Origin: Eledone cirrhosa
Lineage: Eukaryota
DNA: 64,000 nt
Direction: 5' to 3'
NCBI GenBank assembly: GCA_964016885.1
Contig: OZ024749.1
Location: 18,228,001-18,292,000 of the forward strand
Of the stretch, positions 1 to 14,540 are shown piece after piece. Within the stretch, counting starts at the first letter, position 1; each line of letters begins with the position of its first letter. Below the pieces are notes generated by a model. That model searched no databases. It had not been told where the DNA came from and worked only from the letters and a program-made list of their open reading frames with translations. A program made the translations under genes and the position numbers.

Positions 1-1244
<1,244 letters not shown>

Positions 1245-1245
<1 letters not shown>

Positions 1246-1465
1246 ACGATATTAACAAATGGAAACTATATTTATAAAACCATATTTATTTCATTATACA
1301 TATTTCAAGGATACCAAGTTAAATTATGGTATGCCTTCGTCAGACAAAATAGTTTCCATTTGTTAATATCGTATATCTACTCCAAATAATTGTCGAGTGC
1401 TTTATATCAGTTATAAAAATATTTGCTTGTTGTATCCCAACAATTTAAATAGAACTTTTGCATAA
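1245..1465 (-). mobile_element. Solo PLE pLTR fragment (family L) with fold-back inverted ends
   Basis: tacgatattaacaaatggaaactat (~1245-1269) is inverted at ~1349-1373. Contains an HHR. Related fragments at 17205-17260, 17531-17590 and 45336-45478. Confidence 0.75.
1287..1351 (-). ncRNA. Type I hammerhead ribozyme (family L)
   Basis: Minus strand: tattttgt CTGACGA aggcatacca..tggtatcctt GAAA tatgta TA atgaaata. Stems I, II and quasi-palindromic III pair. Confidence 0.8.
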
Positions 1466-1471
1466 ATATAT

Positions 1472-1857
<386 letters not shown>

Positions 1858-1893
1858 ATATATATAGTTTATCAAATATATATATATATAAAT

Positions 1894-1926
<33 letters not shown>

Positions 1927-1927
1927 A

Positions 1928-2000
<73 letters not shown>

Positions 2001-2017
2001 TATATGTATATATAAAT

Positions 2018-2083
<66 letters not shown>

Positions 2084-2085
<2 letters not shown>

Positions 2086-2383
2086 AAGGCGGGTAAAATT
2101 CCCGAGATCCATGGACGAGTTCTCTCCAGCGGTCTCTGTCCCTCATTATCGCTGCCATATCCTGCATCTCCAACATACCAGTGTCTATCCTTAGGGCATC
2201 AACATATGTTAACCTTGGTCTTCCTCTTCTAGTGTGTCCATGTAGGGGCTCCCAAAGGAGCACTGAGTGCAATGTCAACTCTGGATGTCGGTGAGCATGT
2301 CCAGCCAACCTCAGTCTCCTCTGTGTCACATTTGAGCTGACTTTTGGGATGCTCCCATACAGATCTGAGTTTTTCATCCACCA
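2084..2383 (-). mobile_element. 5'-truncated RTE-clade non-LTR retrotransposon, C-terminal end of ORF
   Basis: Translation [53 protein letters not shown] is typical of RTE/RTEX C-termini. Flanked by (TA)n. Confidence 0.85.
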
Positions 2384-2386
2384 TAT

Positions 2387-2417
<31 letters not shown>

Positions 2418-2425
2418 AATACATA

Positions 2426-2496
<71 letters not shown>

Positions 2497-2531
2497 CTAT
2501 ATATATATATAAAATATATATATATATAAAT

Positions 2532-2772
<241 letters not shown>

Positions 2773-2857
2773 TATATATATATATAAATATATATATATA
2801 TAAATATATATATATATAAATATATATATATATAAATATATATATATATAAATATAT

Positions 2858-4688
2858 ATTTCGTTTCTGTATTTGTTTAGCAAGATTCTTTATCTGAAAA
2901 CGTGTGTTGAAACCGATATTGTTATACTTTGGGAGGGTCATGTTGCCAATAAGAAACACACGCACCAGTTGCTTTCACTTCAATTTATTATAATAAATTC
3001 ATGAATTTAGCAATTTATAAATTTCTGGTTGGTTGGTTGGTTCCACAACCAGATAGTTGTTTATATATTGTCAAAGTTCTTTCGTCACACATTCTGTGAC
3101 ATCTTCAGTGACTGGGGATTCTTTTCTTTGTTTTTGTGCCTCTGCTTTGTTCTGTCCTACGCCATCTTGTTTCTGTGTGTGTGTTGTGTGCTCAGTCTGC
3201 GCATGCGCCACATCCGGTTGTCTGTGTGTGTTTATATTCGTTTATTTATTTGTTTATTTACATGTTACAGGTTGGTTGTTTGTTCTATGTGCGTGTGTGT
3301 TTTCATTTTGTCCTTAATTGTAAGTTGTGATGTTGCTGTTCCACTCATGTTTTCTATTTAATTTTGGTTGTAATTCTTTTATGTTTATTGCCTCTGTGAT
3401 TTGTCTAAACATTGCGTCTTTTCTGTGTGTAGATTCTATTTTTATTTCTATGTCCTCTAATTTACCCTTATGTTCTATTTTAGCATGTTGGTAGAGTACA
3501 GATGATTCTTTACTATCTTGAAGGTCTCGCCAGTGTTCATTTATCCGTTCCCCTACACTACGAGCTGTCTCACCTATGTACACTATATTTTGGTCTCTAC
3601 ATTGTCCTTCAGTACATCTTATGCTATATACTACATTTCTAGTTTTACAGTTAATATGGGGGCTGAATTTACAGGTTATACATTTCTTATCTATACAGGG
3701 GGTCTTTGAAAAGGGTATGTCTTGCTAATAAGTGTTTTTACGGAGGTACCTGGTCTTTCTACTATCTTAATATTGAGTTTATGTTTATCTAGGGCCCTTC
3801 TAAATTTGTAAGCTAATTCACCTCTAGGGGTTGTATCGATGAACATTACACTCTGGTATTTATTGCTATCATACCATGAGTTTATTCTATTAGCCTTATT
3901 CCTAGTTCTAATCGATGGTTGGGGTGTTTACTTGGGTAGTCTATAATAACTCTAATACTCTGGTGGATGGAGTTAGCTATTTGCTGGATGCTTTCCATTG
4001 TGTTTTTCTCTTATTCCTGACTGTTCTCTAGTGGGGGTGTTTTAACTACGATGTTTAAATCATCAACGTAGCGGGAGTACATTATCAGGGTGAAGGGTTC
4101 TTCTAATTCTTCTTTAAGTTTAAATTTAAGTCTACTGTCCCACCATACCATGAATAAGTTAACTATGTCGCCTGCAATGCTAACACCAATGGCTGCTCCT
4201 TCCTCTTGGGCATATGTTTTTCCATTAAATTTGAACATATGTTCCTTAAGGGTTAATTTTATGCTGGCCCCCCACCGCATGTGCAATCATTTTCTTTAGT
4301 TCATCGTGGTTTTCGGGTGTCCGTATGGCTCTGGTCCACCCGCTCCATCTACCTGTGTGGGTTTTCTTGGCCATTGAGGTAATGGTAGGTGGTCTGCCTG
4401 TTGCTGGTCTTGTAGGGCACAGGTTGCTAAGGTCACATGTGTCTAGGTAATTATTACTATAGGTAAGTTTAAGTAGGAGTCCCAGCTCACTGATATCAAT
4501 CCCACGGAACTCACCATTGCTCTCACTGATCATTTCTACGCATTTCTCCACAGCAAAATCCACGTCAATAGATGGATACAGGGACACAACATCCATACTA
4601 CCTATTATGCAGTTTGCTAGGTCCCTAGATCGGTTACTCTCACCGATTCTGCTGAGGAGGTCCTCCGTGCTGTCACATACATCTGGGG
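2858..4688 (-). mobile_element. PLE family A (Neptune/Nematis-like), 5'-truncated and internally deleted copy with 3' pLTR
   Basis: RT motifs SMDVVSLY, GAAIG, YSRYVDD and EN motif YIGETAR. Closely similar to 28552-31162, with a deletion near 3910, frameshifts and stops. Confidence 0.93.
3070..3112 (-). ncRNA. Minimal type I hammerhead ribozyme (family A)
   Basis: gtca CTGAAGA t gtcaca gaatg tgtgac GAAA gaac TT tgac. Confidence 0.85.
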
Positions 4689-5621
4689 ATATATATATAA
4701 ATATATATATGCTTCCTTTCCCCACCTTAAAGGTGGTTTATATCGTGACGACTGTCTTCTTCTTTCCAATAACCTTAGCCTTTCAGCGATAGAAAAAAAT
4801 AAAAAGCTTATTAGAACTTTCCTCAAAGACTATTATAGTCTAGATATTACATTTGAAAACACAAGTAAAGTAGTAAAGTTCCTTGATATAACATTAGACT
4901 TATCTACGGGTATCTACCAACCTTACCATAAACCTAACCAAAATTTACATTACATACACTCACAATCTAATCACCCTAAATCTATCCTTAAAAACCTTGC
5001 ATATAATATCTCACTTAGAATTTCTAACCTTTCGTCTAACCAGGATGTATTTGATAAAAATGTGACCTTCTATAACGAAGCTTTAGCTAGAAGTGGCCAC
5101 AAAAATAAATTAATATATATACCTAGTACCAATAACACTACAAACATACAACCTAATATTACCAACAAACACCAAACATACACACACTCACACTATACCC
5201 CAAAATACCAACATAAAACCAAATTTCTCTAACTCTTCTAATATACAATATAGTAACTCTCAAAAAACTACTCATCCTACTACTCTAATAAATGTTAATA
5301 ATAAAACTCCTAATAAACAAGCTAAAACACCTAAATCAATAAATCTAACTAAAAATGTGTGTGGTGAAGTCATTAACAATAATTCTCTTAATAAACATCA
5401 GGATACATCCTATAAAAACAATAAACAACATCGAAACCGTAATAGACGTGTTACTTGGTATAATGCTCCATTTAACTTACAAATTAAGGATAATATACCT
5501 AAACATTTTTTTAATATCCTAGAGAAGAACTTCCCGCCAAACCACAAATACCATCAAATTTTAAATAGATCAACAGTTAAATTCTCCTACTCAACAACCC
5601 AAAACATAAAACAAAATATAA

Positions 5622-6146
5622 GTGCCTACAATGCATATAAATGTAAAAAAAACCATGAGTATACCACCAGTACATCAAACTAACCATAATATCTCCTCTG
5701 ATACAGGATTCACGAAAAGTTGTAACTGTAGAAACAAAGCAAACTGCCCATTAAAAGGAAATTGCCTTGTTAATAACATAGTATATAAATGTAAAGTTAA
5801 CACTAAGGACTCAATTTATTCATATATAGGAGCTACCTCTAACAAATTTAAGGTAAGATTTAATACCCACAAACATAGTTTTAAAAATGCCGCATTAGCT
5901 AATACAACATCTCTAGCTGAAATAATTAATAATTATAGAAAGAGGAATATAGATTATGACCTGACCTGGAGTGTGCTCAAAAGGGCCACCCCTTATCAAA
6001 ATAATAGATATGAATGTAGATTATGTTCCCAAGAACTTTTCGAAATAATGAAATCTAAGGATATCCTATTAAATAAGCGACAGGAATTAATAATATCGTG
6101 TAATCATAAACTGAGAAAAACATTTAAATATTATAAACCTAATTAA
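5622..6146 (+). pseudogene. GIY-YIG endonuclease portion of the family H polyprotein
   Basis: CNCRNKANCPLKGNCLVNNIVYKCKV..YSYIGATSNKFKVRFNTHKHSF. Upstream RT is broken by frameshifts. Confidence 0.9.
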
Positions 6147-7115
6147 TATACATTTTAGAAATTAATATAAAAACTATTTTTAATTTAGTTAACATATAAT
6201 TAATATTCTACTACTGATGAACTACATAATTTTACTTTCCTTCTTAAAACTATCTTTTCCTAAAATTGATACCATTAAGTAAACATATATAATGTTTTAA
6301 TTTCAGGTTATGATTCTATGTTCCTTGAAATCTCTATATATTTATTATTTCTCACTAATAAATTTAACCCCCCCACCAATAATTATATATATATATATAT
6401 ATATATATTCTTTTTATATTTATTTAATTTTCCCTCGTCTTTAACAGCACTCTTCTATTACATCTAACTCTTATTTATCATATCTATATGCATTAATATA
6501 ATTTTATCAATATAAATATACCCATCAATTAAATTAATTTATATTCTTTTCATAGATGTAAATTCCATATATATATTTTTCTCACTAACACTTTTATCGT
6601 AAAATTTTAGTCTCCTTAGATATTTACATTGGCATTATTCTTTTATAACTTCAAATTTTCGTGTACCTTTTACCGACTAGACCTATTTTCATCCACAAAA
6701 TAATATTTTCATTATACTCTTTCCATTCAAAACTGAAATCTGCCTTCTACCCCAAAATAAATTTCAATTACTGCTATTTTACCATTTGGCCAATTATTAC
6801 CTTTCTATTGGTTAATTCAAAACCTGTTCCCAAACATACCTACTATATTAAATCTTTGTTGGTTTTATTCAATGAACAAATATAATTATTTCTGAGGTCA
6901 GCATATGACCTATTCCCATCCCTAAAATAATCTTTCATTCATAATATTCTTTCCATCCAAAACTGAAATCTACCTTCCTCTACCCATAAATTAAGCTTCT
7001 TTTACTACTATATTACTATCTTGACCTTCACTATCTTTCTATTGGTCAATTCAAAACCTGTTCCCAAACAGACCTATTGTATTAAATCTTTGTTGGTTTT
7101 TTCAATAAACAAATA

Positions 7116-7253
7116 TCATTATTTCTGAAGACAGCATATATATGTGTAGGTATGTATACTCCCTCTGATAGTTTGTAAAAATTTTACATATATCTATAGG
7201 ATATGCATACCAACACTAACATATATATCCTAGAAACGATCGTAAAATGATGA
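7116..7253 (+). ncRNA. Type I hammerhead ribozyme with ~100 nt stem II (family H)
   Basis: tcattattt CTGAAGA [long hairpin] GAAA cgatcg TA aaatgatga. Stem III is the palindrome ACGATCGT. Confidence 0.8.
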
Positions 7254-7301
7254 ATTTATTAATATAAGGAACTGTTTCTTTGTTTATTCATTATTTTATT
7301 A

Positions 7302-7384
<83 letters not shown>

Positions 7385-7393
7385 TATATATAA

Positions 7394-7424
<31 letters not shown>

Positions 7425-7427
7425 AAT

Positions 7428-7458
<31 letters not shown>

Positions 7459-7461
7459 AAT

Positions 7462-7492
<31 letters not shown>

Positions 7493-7741
7493 AATATATA
7501 TATATAAATAGTATTAGTTATACTATTTATGGTTATGTAAACACAAAACCTTAAGCAGTTGTAAGTATTTTACACACACCCTAAATAGTGGTAGGCAGTA
7601 ATGTATTACTACCTTATTACCAGTAAGTTAAGTAGCTCAATGTAAAAACATCAGATGATTTACAGAGCAGTTATATGAAATATAAGAATCAAAGAACTGT
7701 TCAAAACATTATATTTATATTTATATTTATATTTATATTTC

Positions 7742-7774
<33 letters not shown>

Positions 7775-7801
7775 AATATATATAAATAAATAAATATATA
7801 T

Positions 7802-7852
<51 letters not shown>

Positions 7853-7940
7853 AATATATATATATAAATATATATATATAAATATATATATATATAAATA
7901 TATATATATAAATATATATATATATCAATATATATATATA

Positions 7941-7978
<38 letters not shown>

Positions 7979-8007
7979 AATATATATAAATATATATAAA
8001 TAAATAC

Positions 8008-8405
8008 AATATCGGAGAAAGCTTTTAAGCGATACTCCGGCCAAATTCCAATTCACTCAACAAACATTAGGAAATAAGTGATTATATTCCTAATTATGCG
8101 TTCGGGGTGCTATCTAAAAGTATTCCGTGGAAAATTGGCTGTATTATTTCATATGAGACATATCGAATATATCTCTTCCCAGACGGACGTCTCGTTTCAT
8201 TATAGGATTCCTACAATTTGGGTTAAATTATACCAATTTATGTAGGAGCTTGTATACCATCAATAGATATATATTAAAGTGGGCTCCTATAATTCATCAG
8301 TGGGTGCCTCAATAATATTAATATTGATAATCTAACCAACATCAGTATTTAGTGATAATCAACATCAGTGCCAGAGGTATCTGTCAGGTTGCCAGTCCAG
8401 CAGTT
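8008..8405 (-). mobile_element. Solo pLTR-like element (family M)
   Basis: Non-coding, 3' end at (TA)n, carries an HHR, joined 5'-to-5' to a family B fragment. Confidence 0.7.
8178..8304 (-). ncRNA. Type I hammerhead ribozyme with long stem II (family M)
   Basis: ccca CTGATGA attatagga...tcctataat GAAA cgagacgtccg TC tggg. 9-bp perfect stem II base and GUC site. Confidence 0.85.
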
Positions 8406-9167
8406 CTAAAGAAATTATTTTTTCTCCCTTTCATCTAACTTATTCATGCTCATCTCACAATATATCCTTACTTACATTACTTTTGTTTTTTTAATAATAC
8501 ATATCAACATTTTCTTTCCATAGCACATATTATTAAACCCTTAAATATTATTCTTAATAGATATTAACAATTTCTTTTCATCGCACATATTATTAAACCC
8601 TTCAATATACAAACCTTAACTTTACATTATTTTTCTCTTCGTTAATTTTCAAATTCTTTTAATTTATATATTATCTTCCAACGGTTTTTCAACCTCTCTA
8701 TGTAAAACAATATATTTTTCTCAGTTATAAAAGCTATCTCTCTCTCTCTATCACCCATCTCTCCTCCTATCTAATCCTTCCTCATTATACCCCCCCTCCA
8801 CTTTTTACTCTCATCTCCTCCTCTATTTACTCTCATCTCCTCCTTTTTTTCATCTCGCCCTCCAAAAAACTTTTTCCCCAATATCACACATCAATCTAAA
8901 ACTACTTTTCATATGTTGATTTAAAACTGCACTATCCACAAGTGTTTTTAACCTTCATATCATGTCTTCCTATTTTATCTGATGAAAACACAAATGTTAT
9001 TGCATGATGATATTTGTTTTTGAAATGCGCATAATAAAATACATGGAACTCATTTAACCATATTTTGATCTTATATATTATGTATACTCCAGTCCTAAAA
9101 ACTGTAGAGTGCTTCTTATCCGATATCTGCATTGCTTTATTGTACTACAATAAAACTCACGTCCTAC

Positions 9168-9170
<3 letters not shown>
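8406..9170 (+). mobile_element. PLE family B 3' UTR/pLTR fragment
   Basis: Matches 38740-39470 and extends into sequence also found at 18540-18637. Confidence 0.9.
8972..9041 (+). ncRNA. Type I hammerhead ribozyme (family B)
   Basis: attttat CTGATGA aaacacaaat..atttgttttt GAAA tgcgca TA ataaaat. Stem III is the palindrome ATGCGCAT. Confidence 0.85.
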
Positions 9171-9262
<92 letters not shown>

Positions 9263-9275
9263 AATATATATAAAT

Positions 9276-9310
<35 letters not shown>

Positions 9311-9474
9311 AATATATATAATATATATATATATATAGTATACTAGGGAGAGGATCAGGGGTGTATAACACTCCACTTATCCAGCAGGCAGTATAAGGTT
9401 AGCTCGATGTCTGAGGACAGAGCCGTGATATAATAAATAACAAAGAACGCCTATAGCATATGCATATCTTTACT

Positions 9475-9520
9475 TGCTAACATTGTTTCATCCGCACTAT
9501 AAGTGGGACTCATCAGAGCA
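9475..9520 (-). ncRNA. Type I hammerhead ribozyme (family C, inverted arm)
   Basis: Reverse complement of 13425-13470. Confidence 0.85.
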
Positions 9521-10704
9521 TAAAGGTTAATTACATACCACACAAGCAATAACAAATCCAAGACATTGAAGAATGAAAAATAATAGAAGATAAAGGATAT
9601 TAAGGAAGTAAAAGTAAAAATAAAAATAAAAATAAAAATAAAAGTAAAAATAAAAATAATAAAATAAACCATGAAAAATAAGGGGTGCTATCAGTCACAG
9701 TTGGGCGGGGTGCTGTCAACATATAGTTACATACAAGCATACACATGGATAAGAGAACAGACAAGAGTAGATAAGATAGATAGGATTAGGTAAGAGTAGG
9801 TAAAAAATAGGTGAAAAACAGACTTATAATATATATAAGAAAATATAAAAAAATATAACAAACATACATATAAAATATAAAATATACAGATAATAGTGAT
9901 ACAGGGTAAGGAATGAAATAAAATAATATAAAATTAAAATTAAAATTATATAAAATAGAACATAATATAATATAATCATAAAATAAGATAAAATAAGGTA
10001 AACTAAAATAAAATAAAATAGACTAAAGTAAAATAATATAATATAAGATATAATTAAATGTAATTAAATAAATAAATAAATAAATAGAATTAAATAAATA
10101 AATAAAATTAAAATTAAAATTAAATAAATAAATAAATAAATAAATAAGTAAATAAATAAATAAATGAAATTAAATAAATAAATAAATAAAATTAAATAAA
10201 ATGAAATGAAATAAAATAAAATAAAATAAAGTAAATTGAGATAAGATATATATTTTTTAGAGTATATCTCTTGAATACATCAGGGGCCCACGAAGGCACT
10301 AAGTGTCACAGTTATCTGTATCACTTGACCATTTTTTTAGAATATATTTCTTGAAAATATCAGGGGCCCACGAAGGCACTAAGTGTCACAGTCACCAGTA
10401 TCACTTGACCATTGCAAGGCAATGGAGGCGTCCTAGGTTGGGCAGTCTCAAAAGTTCACTCGAAAGTCACGGGTGTGCATTCACACAGTTGAGCGGTGGG
10501 GTAATCACAAACCGGTTCACACCCGGGCAGGAGTCCAATGGTCAAACAGAGGTACATCGAAGGAAGGTAGGAGAATTCACGTGCAGTAGCAAGAGGCCGA
10601 AAGCAAGGTGCAGGCGGGTTAGCCAAAGCAAGCAGACACAGTTGGAGCGCATACAAAAGATATATAAAAAGACAAAAGATATATAAAAAATAGCTTCAAG
10701 AGCC

Positions 10705-11304
10705 ATGAAGTCACCGTATTCTACAACCCAAAATCTGGCCTCTCATCTGGCCATTACTAATAATAAGAAAATAAAGGAAGGCCTGGACAACCTAAGCCTA
10801 GGGGAAAACACGGTAGTGGACAGAGTGGGCCGAAACACAAGTGGTGATCATTCTGAGAATAGCATCACCAGAAGTTGTAACTGTAGAAGGGCTTCAGGCT
10901 GCCCCCTGAATGGTTTCTGCCTTGTTAGAAACATAGTTTATGCGTGTGATGTGGTAACTACGGCGTCCACTAAAACCTATATAGGATCAACCTCCACCCC
11001 CTTTAAGACCAGGTTTAACTCTCACCAGTGCACTTTTAGACATAATAAACTGAGGAACTCCACCTCCTTGGCAGCGTACGTCCACAATTTAAAAAATGCA
11101 CGAACACATTACACACTTACTTGGCGGCAGGTTGCTAAATCCCATCCATATACTCCTCATAATAGAGTATGTAACCTATGCCTTGCCGAATCCCACTCTA
11201 TTATATTTGCTAAATGCCCTCTACTAAATAGAAAGTCAGAAATATTTTCCTCTTGCCCCCACCGAATATTAAGCTCTTTCTTCTACTTTAAACCTATTAG
11301 CTAG
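10705..11304 (+). pseudogene. GIY-YIG endonuclease domain of family C (5'-truncated)
   Basis: YSTT.NL, CNCRRASGCPLNGFCL, IVYAC..YIGSTS, CNLCLAE, LLNRKSE. Confidence 0.9.
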
Positions 11305-12799
11305 CACTTCCTTATTTCTCCAGTTGGGCTATCTTGTGTAACTGTCTCTGATTGTGTGTAACAGTCTCCTATTGTTTGTCTTCTATGTATATGAGTCGGT
11401 GAGTGTATACGTATGCCTGCGGGAGGATATTGATCTGGATATTGGGGTGTACAGGTGAGTGGGTGTGTATGTTAATAAGCACCCCTGTTTGGCACAGCGG
11501 ATGTAACCCATCCACGCTCGCCTACCCACCATTGGTGCATTGGTGGGTCTATCCTGACGTGTATCTTGTGGATCTGTACCTCTGTATGCGCATGAGTTGT
11601 GATGTAATGTATCTATGTAGAGCGTGTACTGTGATATAGGCTGCACTAATAGAAATTTAGCCTGTAACTGTGGGCGGACCTGTGCCATCCCGCCGTAAGC
11701 AGTAGATACGTGGCGCATGTACGTGTTGCCCTCCTATTCTGTGGTTTAAGATCTACAGGCTGACTTCTGGGAGCTCTTGCCCGGGGTTGTAGTCTTTCTA
11801 GCACGATCGGCCTTCCATATATTGACGGTCGTTGTTATGATCCCGAAAGTAACGTTTTGGCCCCGATAGCCCTCCGTAGTTACTAACGGTCTGTGTACAC
11901 TTAAATCGGGCAATGGCACGTGCGGACATGATTATCTCCGTAGGAATTCAATTTTATTTTACTACATCTCATCGTATGTATTTATTTTGAATGTATTATC
12001 CGTGGTGGTGGGTCTTGCCTAATGTGGTATTTCTGTGTTTAATATCAGCTTTGACCCGGGTGTCCTACGCTGTGTGTGTGTGCGTGTGTGTCTGTGTATA
12101 CATTTATATGTGTATGGGTGTAGGTGGTTGTATATGTCTGTATATAAAAAAATATATATATATGTATACCGTCTCTGCATATGCATGTGGTGTGTATATG
12201 TGCATATACGGCTGAACATATTGGTGTGTATAATCTTGTGATGTCCCAATGCGGTGACTTCATGGCTCTTGAAGCTATTTTTTATATATCTTTTGTCTTT
12301 TTATAAATCTTTTGTATGCGCTCCAACTGTGTCTGCTTGCTTTGGCTAACCCGCCTGCACCTTGCTTTCGGCCTCTTGCTACTGCACGTGAATTCTCCGT
12401 TTGACCATTGGACTCCTGCCCGGGTGTGAACCGGTTTGTGATTACCCCACCGCTCAACTGTGTGAATGCACACCCGTGACTTTCGAGTGAACTTTTGAGA
12501 CTGCCCAGCCTGGGACGCCTCCATTGCCTTGCAATGGTCAAGTGATACTGGTGACTGTGACACTTAGTGCCTTCGTGGGCCCCTGATATTTTCAAGAAAT
12601 ATATTCTAAAAAAATGGTCAAGTGATACAGATAACTGTGACACTTAGTGCCTTCGTGGGCCCCTGATGTATTCAAGAGATATACTCTAAAAAAATATATA
12701 TCTTATCTCAATTTACTTTATTTTATTTTATTTTATTTCATTTCATTTTATTTAATTTTATTTATTTATTTATTTAATTTCATTTATTTATTTATTTAC

Positions 12800-12831
<32 letters not shown>

Positions 12832-13424
12832 TTTTAATTTTAATTTTATTTATTTATTTAATTCTATTTATTTATTTATTTATTTAATTACATTTAATTA
12901 TATCTTATATTATATTATTTTACTTTAGTCTATTTTATTTTATTTTAGTTTACCTTATTTTATCTTATTTTATGATTATATTATATTATGTTCTATTTTA
13001 TATAATTTTAATTTTAATTTTATATTATTTTATTTCATTCCTTACCCTGTATCACTATTATCTGTATATTTTATATTTTATATGTATGTTTGTTATATTT
13101 TTTTATATTTTCTTATATATATTATAAGTCTGTTTTTCACCTATTTTTTACCTACTCTTACCTAATCCTATCTATCTTATCTACTCTTGTCTGTTCTCTT
13201 ATCCATGTGTATGCTTGTATGTAACTATATGTTGACAGCACCCCGCCCAACTGTGACTGATAGCACCCCTTATTTTTCATGGTTTATTTTATTATTTTTA
13301 TTTTTACTTTTATTTTTATTTTTATTTTTACTTTTACTTCCTTAATATCCTTTATCTTCTATTATTTTTCATTCTTCAATGTCTTGGATTTGTTATTGCT
13401 TGTGTGGTATCTAATTAACCTTTA

Positions 13425-13470
13425 TGCTCTGATGAGTCCCACTTATAGTGCGGATGAAACAATGTTAGCA
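13425..13470 (+). ncRNA. Type I hammerhead ribozyme (family C)
   Basis: tgct CTGATGA gtcc cac ttata gtg c ggat GAAA caatg TT agca. Confidence 0.85.
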
Positions 13471-13559
13471 AGTAAAGATATGCATATGCTATAGGCGTTC
13501 TTTGTTATTTATTATATTATATTATTATATATATATATATATATATATATTAATATATG

Positions 13560-13633
13560 TATGTGTGTGTATGTATCTATGTATATGTATGTATGTACAT
13601 ATATGTCTATGTATGTGTGTATGTATGTGTATG

Positions 13634-13690
<57 letters not shown>

Positions 13691-13899
13691 TTATTTTATT
13701 TTTTTTATATATATGTGTGTGTGTGTATGTGTGTGTGTGTGTCTATATATATCTTTGTATATGTATATGTGTATGTTCGTGTAGGTATATGTGTGTGTAT
13801 GACTATGTATGTATGTGTATGTGTGTATGTGTGTGTATATGTATATCTATGTGTGTGTACATGTATGTATGTATATGTATGTGTATATGTGTATGTGTG

Positions 13900-13950
<51 letters not shown>

Positions 13951-14272
13951 ATATGTGTGTGTATATATGTATATATATATGTATATGTTTCTCTATTTGT
14001 ATATGTATATGTGTATGGGTATATATCTTTTTCTTTGTATGTCTGAGTTATGTGAGAGTGTAGTGGTGTTTGTATGTATATACCGATATATAGATGCGTA
14101 AGTATTTGTCTGTATGTATGTATATATGTCTGTATGTATTTGTGTGTATATATAGGTATGTATGTGTATATCTGTATGTATATATGTATGTAAATGTATG
14201 TATATGTGTGTGTATGTGTGTCTATATAGTATGTGTGATTATATGTGTATGTATGAGTGTATGTATATATAT

Positions 14273-14316
<44 letters not shown>

Positions 14317-14456
14317 GTGTATTTATATGTATGTGTGTATATGTATGTATGTGTGTATATGTATATGTTTATATATGTGTGTGTATGTATGTTCTAAGTG
14401 TGGACGTGTGTATATGTATGTATGTGTTTGTATATGTGTATGTATATATATGTGTG

Positions 14457-14499
<43 letters not shown>

Positions 14500-14502
14500 G
14501 TG

Positions 14503-14540
<38 letters not shown>

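Larger units (their letters stand above)
4711..7305 (+). mobile_element. PLE family H (Hydra-type), 5'-truncated: RT C-half, GIY-YIG EN, 3' UTR/pLTR
   Basis: KGGLYRDDCL at ~4730, FLDITLDL, YQPYHKPN, WYNAPF, CNC..CPL.GNC, VYKC..YIGAT, CRLC..E. HHR at 7116. Confidence 0.9.
9338..13520 (+). mobile_element. PLE family C (Hydra-type), 5'-truncated, with a ~1.3 kb inverted copy of its 3' end upstream
   Basis: Inverted arms ~9428-10716 and ~12252-13518. EN ORF 10705-11304 lies in the spacer. One HHR in each arm. Confidence 0.9.

Noticed and set aside
6213-6260. CTGATGA in the family H 3' UTR
   Set aside because: No paired stem II or GAAA box follows.
6884-6910. Apparent extra HHR start (ttatttctgaggtcagcat)
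   Set aside because: Truncated product of a local ~230 bp duplication, with a broken core and no 3' half.
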